Virus record (IMG/VR): IMGVR_UViG_3300042301_003480
Location: 1-60,622 of that record
Source of the DNA: a virus
Taxonomy: Duplodnaviria; Caudoviricetes
Length of the DNA: 60,622 nucleotides
Reading direction: 5' to 3' (one strand)
Shown: piece after piece, positions 7,436 through 17,105 of the stretch
How positions within the stretch are numbered: position 1 is the first letter of the stretch
Layout: the number at the start of each line of letters is the position of its first letter
Made by a program: the position numbers and the translations under genes
The notes under the pieces: generated by a model
Database searches by the model: none
The model's input: only the letters and a program-made list of their open reading frames with translations
Told to the model about the DNA's origin: nothing

Positions 7436-7756
7436 TTAAGCCTTTTTCGGGGCTGTGGCGGCCACCTTCTTGTCCAGGAGGCTGACTTTCTCGCTCAGAA
7501 TGGAGATCGTCGGATCCTTGGGCTTGTGTTCCCAGTAGCCGTACCGCTTCCAATCCGGGAACTCGTTCACTCCCGGATCGGTCAGGTGGTGGACCGAGGG
7601 CTTCACCACGCCGCCCAGTTCGCCCGCAATCGCCCAGAGGGTGAGGGTGCGGGAGGCCAGGACCGACACAAACGCCGGGACCGGGGTGGCCCCTTCATGG
7701 GCGTAGAACAGCACAATGTCGCCCAACTCAGCCTTGGGCATGTCAAAGGAACTCAC
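7436..7756 (-). CDS. Hypothetical protein
   Basis: GTG start with AGGAG RBS overlapping the TerL stop. Confidence 0.65.
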   Translation of the reverse strand: MSSFDMPKAELGDIVLFYAHEGATPVPAFVSVLASRTLTLWAIAGELGGVVKPSVHHLTDPGVNEFPDWKRYGYWEHKPKDPTISILSEKVSLLDKKVAATAPKKA

Positions 7757-9441
7757 GGCAATCTCCTGCTGGGCCCGAGGATTACGTGGGGGTCGGTGGA
7801 CTCCCGCTGGCGGCGCTTGCGCTCCGACAGCCACTTCACCCACCAAGGATCGGGACCGTAAGTCCGTGGGGGTGCGTGGTATTTGGGTTCGTAGGCGCAG
7901 AGGTACTCAAGCGACTGGCAGGCGTGAACCTCGCCGCGGGTCTGCGGCTGGTCGGTCACAAAGACCTGCCCGTTGACCGTCGTCGTCTTCTTGCGATACC
8001 GCTTCAGTTCCCGAATCAGGTTGGGGCAGGAACCCTCCAGGATCTTGAGCCTGGTCGTCCCGTCGCCCTGGATATGGAGCAGTTGACGAACGATGGACGT
8101 TCTGGCCGGGATGTCATCGGAGCCCGGGATAAACCCATGCCCGCCGATGGTGAAGCGAATCTTCCGCTTCTTCAGCTCTTCGGAGTACAGCTCATGCGGC
8201 AATCGTCCTGAACCAAGATCACGGAGCAAACCACCGTGCATGTCCATGATCGCCGCGTGAATGTGCTGACTCAGAACCTTCACCCCAAACTGCTCGCCCC
8301 AGATCAGCGCGTTGCAGTTCCGGATGTACAGTTCGTCATACACAACCAGGAATCGCTCATGCGGCGGGACTGCGGCGAATAGCGTTGCCATCACCGCATG
8401 GCCAGGGTCAATCGCCACATACCGCGTCCAGTCAGGCGGAATGACCCCATCCTTCAACTCCGCCCGCGGCAGGATATGCACGCTGCGGTTGAACGTCGGG
8501 TACATGAGCGTGGATTCGGTGGTGAACTCACCCTCGGCACGCATCCGGACTTCGTCGGCGCCCAGAGCGGACCAGCGTTCGATGTTCTTTCGCTTTTCCT
8601 CAGAATCAATAAAGTCGTTGTCCAAAAATCTGAACGTGAACTTCTTGATGATTGGATTCTCTTGCCCCTCCTCCACCGCTCGGTCGGCACGTTCGCACAG
8701 GCCAAGGAGCGCATCGTTCCGGGACCAGGGCATGGCAGACCAGACGAAGCGACCCTTGCGGTCTGCCAAACGCGCCTGAGATTCACCGACGAACGCTTCG
8801 TTTGTAACGTCCTCGTCAATCCAAATTAGGTCGGCCTGGTAGCCTTGGGGGGGCTCTCCTTCTGAGGAGAAACACCAGATCGTCCAGCCGTTCGTCAGCT
8901 CCAGCTTGTTGAGGTAGCCGGCGTTCTTCAGCACCCAGGAGACATCCTTCACCAGCCGCGGCGGGATCAGCGGGGGAGCGGGCTTGCTCTTGCTCTTGTC
9001 ATCACCCGGGCGGATGGATCTCCACTGGCCCGTTTTCTCATCCTTGATGATCCGAAACGCCCCGGCTTTGAGGAGAATCGGATAAATCACCAAGCCAATG
9101 TGGGGCCAGTTCCGGCCGATGATTGCGAGGTTGCCGCCTTCTTTGGGGTACTTGCCGTATGGATCCTGCCCCGTAGCTGCGCGGGCCGCTTCCACCGCCA
9201 CGGCCAGAGTTTTCCCGCCTCGGTTACCACCCAGAACAATCCGCTCCGAGGCCAGGCACTTGTGGAACTCATCCTGGTGCGGCATGGGTTCATACAGCCG
9301 GAGCGACTCTAGCCGCCGCTCCGTGAGGGCGGTCTGGACATCCTTGAGCTGCCCTAGCTGATGCTGGGTGACGTTCCCCAGCGGACCTTCAGGAGTCGGT
9401 GGGGGCGGAATTTGGCGGGGGTGTTTCTTCATATTCGCCAC
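7753..9441 (-). CDS. terL: Terminase large subunit
   Basis: HQ adenine motif, Walker A GGNRGGKT, Walker B LIWIDE, RNase H-like YVAIDPG. Confidence 0.92.
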   Translation of the reverse strand: MANMKKHPRQIPPPPTPEGPLGNVTQHQLGQLKDVQTALTERRLESLRLYEPMPHQDEFHKCLASERIVLGGNRGGKTLAVAVEAARAATGQDPYGKYPKEGGNLAIIGRNWPHIGLVIYPILLKAGAFRIIKDEKTGQWRSIRPGDDKSKSKPAPPLIPPRLVKDVSWVLKNAGYLNKLELTNGWTIWCFSSEGEPPQGYQADLIWIDEDVTNEAFVGESQARLADRKGRFVWSAMPWSRNDALLGLCERADRAVEEGQENPIIKKFTFRFLDNDFIDSEEKRKNIERWSALGADEVRMRAEGEFTTESTLMYPTFNRSVHILPRAELKDGVIPPDWTRYVAIDPGHAVMATLFAAVPPHERFLVVYDELYIRNCNALIWGEQFGVKVLSQHIHAAIMDMHGGLLRDLGSGRLPHELYSEELKKRKIRFTIGGHGFIPGSDDIPARTSIVRQLLHIQGDGTTRLKILEGSCPNLIRELKRYRKKTTTVNGQVFVTDQPQTRGEVHACQSLEYLCAYEPKYHAPPRTYGPDPWWVKWLSERKRRQRESTDPHVILGPSRRLP

Positions 9442-9574
9442 AGAAATCAGTGGGCATCGTCTCGGGGAATCGGTCCCAAGCTCTCTGCCCGATGAGCGTC
9501 GGCGGATACCGGCGACACTCCCCGTGCATCTCCTCCGCCACTGGAATCCACCAACGGCAATCCTCGCACTTCAT
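9389..9574 (-). CDS. Small Cys-rich protein (CEDC...GECRRYPP...FCGE)
   Basis: GAGGTG RBS; four-Cys pattern; overlaps both neighbours. Confidence 0.55.
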   Translation of the reverse strand: MKCEDCRWWIPVAEEMHGECRRYPPTLIGQRAWDRFPETMPTDFCGEYEETPPPNSAPTDS

Positions 9575-10073
9575 CCACCACCTCAAAGTGTTTCATCGTC
9601 ATCGCTGCTTCGATCACCTGCCGCCGAAGCTCGGCTTCCAGCTCTTCCTCAGTCATCAGCTCCAAGGGCTTCTTGGCTCCACCCATGGCGGTGTTCGTCG
9701 TCACCAAGCGGACCACGCTGTCCAGCATCTTCGTCCTGAAAGCCCCACCTACAGGCGCATCGTAGAACTGCTTCATGTACAGATTGGCAAACCCCCGGAC
9801 GCCCCCGAAATACTCCATGAGTACTTCCAGGAGTTCCGAGGAGTGGGGGATGTTCGCCCCGCCAATCCTGGCCGCCGCCACAAAGTTTTTGACGGCCCCC
9901 TTTTCGATCTCTTCCAACTTGCTGTTCCGCTTGCCCTTGCGGTCAGTGCGGATCTTCTTGTTCCGGCACTTCCGGCAGCGGGCGTGGAAGCCATCCTTGG
10001 ACTTGTGGTAGTAGGCGGTTGTCGCGGGCCACGCTAGGCCGCACGCTATGCAGACCTTCTCAGCTTCCGACAC
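9447..10073 (-). CDS. Possible terminase small subunit with N-terminal Zn finger
   Basis: CxxC...CxxC; helical; immediately upstream of TerL. Confidence 0.5.
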   Translation of the reverse strand: MSEAEKVCIACGLAWPATTAYYHKSKDGFHARCRKCRNKKIRTDRKGKRNSKLEEIEKGAVKNFVAAARIGGANIPHSSELLEVLMEYFGGVRGFANLYMKQFYDAPVGGAFRTKMLDSVVRLVTTNTAMGGAKKPLELMTEEELEAELRRQVIEAAMTMKHFEVVDEVRGLPLVDSSGGGDARGVSPVSADAHRAESLGPIPRDDAH

Positions 10074-11463
10074 TCGCCACCCAGACGCTTCCAGTCACCA
10101 CGGGCTTCAAGCCGCTGCCCCGCACGGCCGCCTCCACGCCGTGGAAAACGAAGTAGTCATGTCCCGCCAAGAAGTATTTGGCCTTGCTCCGCCAGCCCCG
10201 GATGTCAGCCTCCACGGAAGCCTCGTCATGCTCGGCGTCCAAGTAGACGATGTCGAACTTGCCATCCGGGAACGTGGCGGCAATGTCCGGAGATCGGCCG
10301 ACCACATGGTCGATTGAGTAACCAGCCGTGTTGCGCAGGAACACCTCCAAGGGCTTCCCCCTGGAACCGTCGTACGCCTTGCAGCCGCCGTCGTTCTTGG
10401 AGCCCTCCCACGTATCGATGCAGGTCACCTTGGCGCCGGCCTGGGCCATGATGATCGCACTACGACCCGCCCAAGACCCAACCTCGCAGACATGCGGCGG
10501 GCGGCCGTGCTTAGTGGTGAAATCCTTCACCAACTCTTCCAGGGCTGCGACATCCTTCTCGGGCAGTTCCATTCCCATTCCATCGAACACACGCTTCTCC
10601 GGGATCCGAATCGCCACCGGAGACTGAAAGTCCACCAGCTTCACGCCACTTTGGACGTTGGCTTCCCAGCAGTCCTTCATCTTCTTAGACACGCCCTCGG
10701 CTGTAATGACCTGGGGCTTGCCGACGCACTTGGGCTTCCAATGACCCGCCCAAGCATCCCAGTTGCAGTAGACCGGGTTGTAGCCCAGCCTCTGCGTGCC
10801 GATCATGGACAAGTCCCTGGTCATGGTTACGTCTTCAGTGCTTGCCTTGTCAGCGCAGAAGTGGTCCTTCCACTCGTAGTAAAACCAGGGCTTGTCGTCC
10901 GTCGTCTTCGGCTCAGTGAGGTCAAAGGCCCGCATGTCGTACATGATCAGCCCGGTCGGCAAGGCCGCGCATTCCTGGATGCCCGCCAGCTTGATCGCCG
11001 TGTGGCGGTCGTACATCTCCAACTGGAAGTCTGGGTTGGGGTTCTCGCTGGCCAGGTTGTTCCAGCGAAACACGTACACGCACTCCACCGGGGGCGGGCC
11101 ACAGTACGGAGCCCCGATCACACACGGCCCCTTGGGATAGTGGTTGACCAAGAAGTCAAACGACGACTGGAAGAAGGGCTTGGCGTCCGGCTGGCCGTTG
11201 TTCAGGTCCGGCTTCATGTCCGAATCGACCATCACCAAAACATCCACGCCGTGCTGCCGGGCCTGGAGGACAGCCCGGTTTCTGGTCATGGTGATGGGCG
11301 TGTCGGCCAGGTTCCAGATGCGGATGTTCTCCACCCGCGGATCCCGGGAGAGATCAACGACAAGGGGAGTCATCCACTCCCGGATGTCCGGCACCTCAGA
11401 GGAGATGCCGCCGTTGCCACCGTAGCTAAACGTAACGATTCCGACGTTGAACTTCTGTTGCAC
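10060..11463 (-). CDS. GT-A glycosyltransferase fused to class I SAM methyltransferase
   Basis: TRN...LVMVDSDM (DxD), TG, ED in the N-half; CEVGSWAGRS, IDTW, VYLDAEH, AGHDY in the C-half. Confidence 0.8.
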   Translation of the reverse strand: MQQKFNVGIVTFSYGGNGGISSEVPDIREWMTPLVVDLSRDPRVENIRIWNLADTPITMTRNRAVLQARQHGVDVLVMVDSDMKPDLNNGQPDAKPFFQSSFDFLVNHYPKGPCVIGAPYCGPPPVECVYVFRWNNLASENPNPDFQLEMYDRHTAIKLAGIQECAALPTGLIMYDMRAFDLTEPKTTDDKPWFYYEWKDHFCADKASTEDVTMTRDLSMIGTQRLGYNPVYCNWDAWAGHWKPKCVGKPQVITAEGVSKKMKDCWEANVQSGVKLVDFQSPVAIRIPEKRVFDGMGMELPEKDVAALEELVKDFTTKHGRPPHVCEVGSWAGRSAIIMAQAGAKVTCIDTWEGSKNDGGCKAYDGSRGKPLEVFLRNTAGYSIDHVVGRSPDIAATFPDGKFDIVYLDAEHDEASVEADIRGWRSKAKYFLAGHDYFVFHGVEAAVRGSGLKPVVTGSVWVASVGS

Positions 11464-11526
11464 TGTGGTCGTCCTGGGGGGAGGGAAGACAGAGTGGACA
11501 AGTATACACCAAGCCGCCGGTTAGTG

Positions 11527-13212
11527 CTACCGCTTCCGGGGCTCCATGCCAGTGATTCCCTGGCCGGTCTTGGCGTTGCCGGCGCGGGCCATGTTCGCCA
11601 GCGGGCTTCCGCTCGCCGCCCATGAGTCGTCTCGGCCGCGGGACTTCCACTGCTCGGCTACCATGGCCTCGTAGACCCGCTGGTGCGCCGGGGACAAGGG
11701 CTTGGTCTGCGTGTTCGTCGTCGCCCTAATCTGGTTCCACTGGTCGGTGGCTGACGGCCCCTTGGGGGTAACAGCCCACTCCTTCTCCAGCTTGGCCCGG
11801 GCGGCAGCACGTTCCTGCTCCTCATACACACCCTGCTTTTGTTGCAGCCCCTGCATGGTGGCGGCCTGGTCAGGCATGGGCATTTCACGGTTCACCCAGG
11901 CGGCGGCGTCGGCCGGCGACATTCCATAGTCCCGCTGAAGGGCCTGGGAGGCTTGGGCTCGCTCGGTAATGCGGCCCTTGAGCTGCGTCACGGCGGCGTT
12001 TACGTCCTGCTGGCGTTGCCACGCAGCTTGGGTATTCGGGCGACTCAGGCTCTGGGCCAGGCCAGCCAGATCCTGGTACTGAGACACTGCCCCACGGATA
12101 TCCGCAGGCAGGCCAGCCAGTGCTTCCGGCCGGACCAGCGTCCCGCCTTGGCTGTTGTTAATCAGCCCCAGCATCAGCTCGTCCGTGGACGCTCCAGGCT
12201 GGAGGTTGGCACGGCGGTACAGGTCGTTCACGGCCTCCTTCTGCTTGATCTCCGTCTGCTGCTGGCGGAACTGCTCGGCAGTCGGCGGGCGATTGCTGGG
12301 GCGGGCGACCGGCATGTACGGAGTGGACGAGCCGTAGGGGTCTTGGGCGGGCTGGGCCTGGCCGGGGTAGGTAAACCCGCCGCGTGCGTCTGGAACCTCT
12401 GGCTTCCCGCCGGCCATCCGTACGTCCGGCATGCCGGGGCCAGACTGGTAGTAGTCCACTACTCCGTCGCTGTCCGCGTCCAGCATGTCCCGGGGAACAA
12501 TCGCACCCTCTGCAAGCCCGAGCCCGTACCGCCCATGAGGCTGCGGCCTTTGAATCAGGTCGCGGATGTTGCCGCCCGGGTCTTGGGGCTGCTGGGCAAA
12601 CGGATTCTGCCAGCCCTGCTGGAGCATCTCCATGCCCTGGTTGTAGGCCATCTGTGGGTTCAGGGATCCGAACTGCCCCTGGCCCATCATGCCCTGGCGT
12701 TGCTGGTTCAACGCCTGCGCCATAGCTCCTGTCTGGGCCATCATGGCGTTGGGGTCGGTGTACTGGTTGCCCATCCAGTCCGTGCCGCCAGCGAACTGGA
12801 AGGAGGGCATCTGCTGCTGGAAGGCGGGGGCCTGTGCAGGCTGGCTGGGCGCCTGGGCCTGCTGGGTAGCAGGGCTGTAGGCTTGGTACGGTGCGGGGCT
12901 ATTCGTAGCGCTCGGCCCGGCTGGCGTTGCGGGACGGCCCTGGCCTGCGGGCTGGCTGTAGAAGGAGTGCATCTGCCCGCCCTGGACGTTGGGCGTGTTG
13001 CTCACGGGCTGCCCGTATGCCGTGGAGTTGGCGTAGGGGCTCTGCTGAGACTGGGCCCGGCCAGGGTTGGTGCCCTGAACGATGGCCCCGCCGGCGGCTC
13101 GCCTAGTGCCATCGTAGGGGCCGGTGATGCCCCCGGCGTTGCGAGTCCTGCCTGCCTGGCTGCGGGGCTTCGGCTTCCACGCATTCAGGTCCATGCCGTT
13201 TGGGGAAATCAT
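11527..13212 (-). CDS. Gln/Pro/Gly-rich low-complexity protein, possible internal virion protein
   Basis: 561 aa in the head operon; composition only. Confidence 0.65.
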   Translation of the reverse strand: MISPNGMDLNAWKPKPRSQAGRTRNAGGITGPYDGTRRAAGGAIVQGTNPGRAQSQQSPYANSTAYGQPVSNTPNVQGGQMHSFYSQPAGQGRPATPAGPSATNSPAPYQAYSPATQQAQAPSQPAQAPAFQQQMPSFQFAGGTDWMGNQYTDPNAMMAQTGAMAQALNQQRQGMMGQGQFGSLNPQMAYNQGMEMLQQGWQNPFAQQPQDPGGNIRDLIQRPQPHGRYGLGLAEGAIVPRDMLDADSDGVVDYYQSGPGMPDVRMAGGKPEVPDARGGFTYPGQAQPAQDPYGSSTPYMPVARPSNRPPTAEQFRQQQTEIKQKEAVNDLYRRANLQPGASTDELMLGLINNSQGGTLVRPEALAGLPADIRGAVSQYQDLAGLAQSLSRPNTQAAWQRQQDVNAAVTQLKGRITERAQASQALQRDYGMSPADAAAWVNREMPMPDQAATMQGLQQKQGVYEEQERAAARAKLEKEWAVTPKGPSATDQWNQIRATTNTQTKPLSPAHQRVYEAMVAEQWKSRGRDDSWAASGSPLANMARAGNAKTGQGITGMEPRKR

Positions 13213-13385
13213 CGATCCTCCTGCGGTTCCGTAGTCATGGGTGCCCCCTGGTACTGGAGCATCCGCAGACGCTCCATGTCTTCGTAGGGCTGATCAGCGC
13301 GTGATTCGGCAATCAACTGCCGAAGGAAGTCCAGGTTCTGGATCGCCGCCTGATCGTTCATGAGCGAGTAAAGAAGTTCATCCAT
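13209..13385 (-). CDS. Hypothetical protein, 58 aa (MDELLYSLMNDQ...)
   Basis: Translated by hand; ATGA overlap with the next gene, whose RBS (AGGAGG) it supplies. Confidence 0.6.
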   Translation of the reverse strand: MDELLYSLMNDQAAIQNLDFLRQLIAESRADQPYEDMERLRMLQYQGAPMTTEPQEDR

Positions 13386-13390
13386 ATATG

Positions 13391-13425
13391 GAAACAGCCG
13401 GCGGAGGTTGCCCCCCTGCCGGCTG
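13391..13425 (-). terminator. Putative intrinsic terminator after the capsid genes
   Basis: CAGCCGGC/GCCGGCTG stem followed by a short TTT on the minus strand. Confidence 0.45.
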
Positions 13426-13451
13426 CCCCCCGAACCCCCGAAGGGGATGAA

Positions 13452-13712
13452 TCAACCTATGGTGCTATTCACCAGTCCTACGCTCGCCAGGCAGGCGTGC
13501 AGGGCCGTGACAGTGCTGGTGGTGCATTGCTGCCTCACCGCCCCAGCCGCCCCCAGAAAGCCCACCGTACCGCCCGTCACGCCGATCCGGGTGGTGGTCG
13601 CGCCCACAGTCAGCGCGCTGGCAGTGCCAGTCGCATGCTGAAGGACATCCGCCACCCGGCCGCCGATCTCCTCGTCAGCCAGACCGACAATCAACTTGGC
13701 CCGAAAACCCAT
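13452..13712 (-). CDS. Small putative capsid-associated protein, 86 aa
   Basis: RBS, follows MCP and the decoration-like gene, A/G/T/V-rich. Confidence 0.6.
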   Translation of the reverse strand: MGFRAKLIVGLADEEIGGRVADVLQHATGTASALTVGATTTRIGVTGGTVGFLGAAGAVRQQCTTSTVTALHACLASVGLVNSTIG

Positions 13713-13720
13713 TGCTCACC

Positions 13721-14275
13721 TCAAATCTGGACGACGTTGGCGACGATGCTGACGTTGTTGGTCGTACCCGACACCACCCGACCGAGCCGGCCGACCTGCG
13801 GGGCGACGGTCACGCTGACCGTGGCGCCGAGGCCGCCCGTGCCGGCCGAGTCCGTGGAGTTGGTGGTATGAGCAGTGGCCGCGGCCACAATGTCACCCAC
13901 CGCCACCGTCTGGCTGACGAGCAGCTCAGTCGGACCAGCGACCGTCACCCAGAACACATCGTTCGCCGCCACACCAGCGGTGGGCAGGAACTCATCGACC
14001 ACACCCGCAACCGCATCGTTCGTCAAGCGGGTGTAACCGCTGACGGCCGAGTAGCTGCCGGCCGCAAACGCCACAGCCCGCTTGGGGGCCAAGGCAACGC
14101 CGGAACTGTTGCGAACAGCGATGCAGGTCTTCAGGCGATTGCTCCGGATCTTGCCCGTCTTGGGGTCAACGTCCGGAAACACCTTCACCGCACCGACCCA
14201 ACCACCACCGTCAGCGGCGGACGAGACGCCCAGCGTCTGACCAAGAGCGAACGGCGGATCAACATACAGACTCAT
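13721..14275 (-). CDS. Putative capsid decoration (cement) protein
   Basis: Directly downstream of MCP; AGVV...FWVTVAGP...AVGD pattern; AGGAG RBS. Confidence 0.6.
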   Translation of the reverse strand: MSLYVDPPFALGQTLGVSSAADGGGWVGAVKVFPDVDPKTGKIRSNRLKTCIAVRNSSGVALAPKRAVAFAAGSYSAVSGYTRLTNDAVAGVVDEFLPTAGVAANDVFWVTVAGPTELLVSQTVAVGDIVAAATAHTTNSTDSAGTGGLGATVSVTVAPQVGRLGRVVSGTTNNVSIVANVVQI

Positions 14276-14293
14276 CTTCGATGTTCTCCTGGA

Positions 14294-15406
14294 TCAGACA
14301 ATGAGCTTAAAGAAGTTGCGCGGCGACTTGAACTTCAAGTTGCCGAGCGTGGACACCACGTACCTGAACTGTTGCGTCAGCTCGTCGTAAAACGGTCCCT
14401 CGCTCACCATGAGCTGGGACTCCATGCAGAGCAACTCAATGTTGCCGACCGCCAGGCCGTAGCCCGTGTTAGCCGGAACCGAGTTCTCCGCCGACACCTC
14501 AACGCCGTCCAGCTCAAACACATCCGTGAAGCCGTAGCTTCGCAGACCGTTCTGCCGGCTGACGATCACCCGCTCCTTGGCGTCCAACGTGTTGAGGAAG
14601 TCGATGAACAGCCTGCGGTCAAGCAGGACCATGTCCACCTGATCTTCCTTCGTATCGTTGCGACGGGTTTGGTGAAGCGCCTCGCGGACAGCCTTCACGC
14701 AGTTGTCCTTCCAGGTGCTGGCACCGAAGTAGGACGAGTCCGCATTCACAATCACAGGCGAGTAGAAGTCAAACTCAGGATCGCTGACGCCGTTGGGCCA
14801 GAAGCCCACCGGAGTCGCACTGCCACCGTACGCACCCAGGACGGTCGAAAGACCGGCGTAGGTGTCGTTGGGGTAGAAGAACGGATCCGCCGCATTGGCC
14901 GACCGCGGCGAGGCCCCAGTGACCGTGGAGTCAATCGTCTGGGTCGCGTTCATGAACGACTCAATGCCGTGGAAACGAAGCTCGTTGCCAGTGGCATAAC
15001 CGTCCTGAACCCACTCCTTGGCCAGGTACTGCTCCATCGAAGTGAGAAGGCGGGAAGCCATCTTACCTGCGACGTTTACAAGTGCCTGGGCCGAGCGGTT
15101 CTCCAGCATCTCACGCTTGTAAATAGCGTCAGTAACCTGGGCCCCCCGGTACTCCAGCTCCAACTTCTTCCAGAGATTCTCGCGGGCAAAGTTGCGAGGA
15201 GTCTCTCCGTTGTTGCCGGACGGATTGTGATTTCGATACTGAATTTCCCAGTCGAAACCGCGCCCCGACATGTTGGTCCGGATCTGACCGGCACCTTCCA
15301 AGGCGGCAAAAAACTTATACTTCCGCAACGACGAAATCTCCTCCTCGCGGAGATGATTGACAATCGTCGTTGCAATACTACGAGCCCAATCAACACTGCT
15401 GCTCAT
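14294..15406 (-). CDS. Major capsid protein
   Basis: 370 aa after the scaffold-like gene; HK97-fold-like segments (FHGIES, ELDGVEV, LGNLKFKSPR). Confidence 0.8.
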   Translation of the reverse strand: MSSSVDWARSIATTIVNHLREEEISSLRKYKFFAALEGAGQIRTNMSGRGFDWEIQYRNHNPSGNNGETPRNFARENLWKKLELEYRGAQVTDAIYKREMLENRSAQALVNVAGKMASRLLTSMEQYLAKEWVQDGYATGNELRFHGIESFMNATQTIDSTVTGASPRSANAADPFFYPNDTYAGLSTVLGAYGGSATPVGFWPNGVSDPEFDFYSPVIVNADSSYFGASTWKDNCVKAVREALHQTRRNDTKEDQVDMVLLDRRLFIDFLNTLDAKERVIVSRQNGLRSYGFTDVFELDGVEVSAENSVPANTGYGLAVGNIELLCMESQLMVSEGPFYDELTQQFRYVVSTLGNLKFKSPRNFFKLIV

Positions 15407-16410
15407 CAGATGACTCCATCAGTTACGAGCTGGCTTTTCAGCCGGTCTTCAAAACTCATCCTCTGGCGCGGTGCCCGAGGCTCACTGGTTCCTGCACTCC
15501 GATTCGGGGTACGGGTTGCACGCTCCCGAAGGAACTGCATGTTCTGTTGTGCCACCGGGTCAGCCGGGGGTGCCGGTGGCGCGGGTGCCGGCTCGGCGTA
15601 ACCCTGCGCCGGTGCAGATGACAACTGCTGATAGCGCATGTTCAGCAGGTCACGCTGGAGCATGGAAGTGGCGTACTTCCAGCGGGCCTCGGGGTTGGAA
15701 ATCCCGATCTCGGAAGCCTGCTGGATGTACGCCTGGATGGCCTGGCCTTCCCGACTCACGTTTCCGGCCTGGTCGTACAACCAGTCGGAGTTCTGCTGTT
15801 CCAGGGACTGAACGTAGTTCTTCGCCGTGTACTGCCCGAGCTGGGCCTGAACAAGCTCTTCGGCCTTCTGCCGAGCCACATCCTCAATGAAGGGCTTCAG
15901 CGTGTTCTCGGGGTCGGTGACGAACTTGCGGGCGAAGTCGGCGGTGTACGCCTGGTACTTCTGGAGGGCGACCTTGGCCTCATAGGGAGCGTCGGGAGCG
16001 ATGATCTCCTTGCCGGTGGACGGGTCGCGGATGATCCAGGACTTGTAGGAATCATCGACCGAGGGCGGGTTCCACCACTTCGGCTTCTCGGCCGGCTTCG
16101 GAGCCTGGGCCTGCGCCTGGGCGGCCTTCCACTGCTCGTACGCCTGCTTGTTCTGGAGGTATTCCGTGGCGTGCGGAATGATGTTTTGGTACTGCTGGAG
16201 CTGCCGCTGGGCCTCGCCGTACCCGTTGTATGCCTGATACAGGTTGCGGGCGATGGCCAGATCGTCTTGGCCGGCAAAATCGGGAAGCGACTTGAAGGCT
16301 TCGTAGGGGGTGGTGAACCCACCGTGATCCGCACTGCGCGGAGCGTCCGACACCGGGGCTTCGGGAGCCTCCGATACTGGCGCGTCGTTGAGGAGTTCTT
16401 CGTCAGCCAT
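15406..16410 (-). CDS. Scaffolding protein
   Basis: Acidic Pro-rich N-terminus, Q/A-rich coiled coil, C-terminal MSFEDRLK helix; TGATG-coupled to MCP. Confidence 0.7.
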   Translation of the reverse strand: MADEELLNDAPVSEAPEAPVSDAPRSADHGGFTTPYEAFKSLPDFAGQDDLAIARNLYQAYNGYGEAQRQLQQYQNIIPHATEYLQNKQAYEQWKAAQAQAQAPKPAEKPKWWNPPSVDDSYKSWIIRDPSTGKEIIAPDAPYEAKVALQKYQAYTADFARKFVTDPENTLKPFIEDVARQKAEELVQAQLGQYTAKNYVQSLEQQNSDWLYDQAGNVSREGQAIQAYIQQASEIGISNPEARWKYATSMLQRDLLNMRYQQLSSAPAQGYAEPAPAPPAPPADPVAQQNMQFLRERATRTPNRSAGTSEPRAPRQRMSFEDRLKSQLVTDGVI

Positions 16411-16496
16411 GGTCGTCCTAGATCGGGGGTTGGGGGGATCTAGAAGACCAATGCCTCGCAGGGTGCGATTTTGTTACGGCTCGCCCAATAGTCGTT

Positions 16497-17105
16497 GTGC
16501 GAGTGCTAGCGCTGGTTCTCTGTGCTGCGGTGTGCAGCGGGGAAGAACTCCCCGTGCTGTGGAATCCCCCTTCCGGTTTTCCGCCCACGCTCAGAGACAT
16601 AGCCTCCCGGTTACCCCGAGATACCGACGCCAAGGAAGCGTGCCTGATCACCTACACGCATGAGGGTTCCCACTTTCTCTGCCGGGGGAAGAAGGGGTAT
16701 CACTGCGTCTATGTCGGGGAGGGGAAGCGGTGGGAAATTCCCACTCCCCCACTGGTCACGGAGGAGGTGTTTGCGGCCTTCCCCGGAGAGATGAGAGGGA
16801 CGACGCTGTACCGCATCTACCTCCGGCAAGGACAGACGGAATACTGGTCTGCCCAGCCGCTGATGATCTTGGATGAGTGGCGGGCCTACACCGTTGGGTC
16901 ACAGACCAGGCAGGAACTGGACATGACTACCCGGGCCGAGTCAGTTCGATACCTGGAGTCGTTTACCGTGTACGCCAAGGTGTTGTATGACCTGGCCAAA
17001 GAGATCGAAGGCTACGACATCAGCGAACTGCGAGCGTTCTGCCGATGGAACCTGGAGGAGTGCCGGAAGATTCGGGACTTCCAGAGCGAAGTGGAGTTTG
17101 ACTAG
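16497..17105 (+). CDS. Secreted or membrane protein with HExxH motif (moron-like)
   Basis: Signal-peptide-like N-terminus; THEGSH and downstream DE; opposite strand to the operon. Confidence 0.6.
   Translation: MRVLALVLCAAVCSGEELPVLWNPPSGFPPTLRDIASRLPRDTDAKEACLITYTHEGSHFLCRGKKGYHCVYVGEGKRWEIPTPPLVTEEVFAAFPGEMRGTTLYRIYLRQGQTEYWSAQPLMILDEWRAYTVGSQTRQELDMTTRAESVRYLESFTVYAKVLYDLAKEIEGYDISELRAFCRWNLEECRKIRDFQSEVEFD

Noticed and set aside
13712-15601. Long plus-strand ORFs (e.g. 13712-15601, 5477-6916, 11839-13287, 39949-41151, 41537-42802)
   Set aside because: Antisense shadows of well-supported genes in high-GC DNA, with no motifs.
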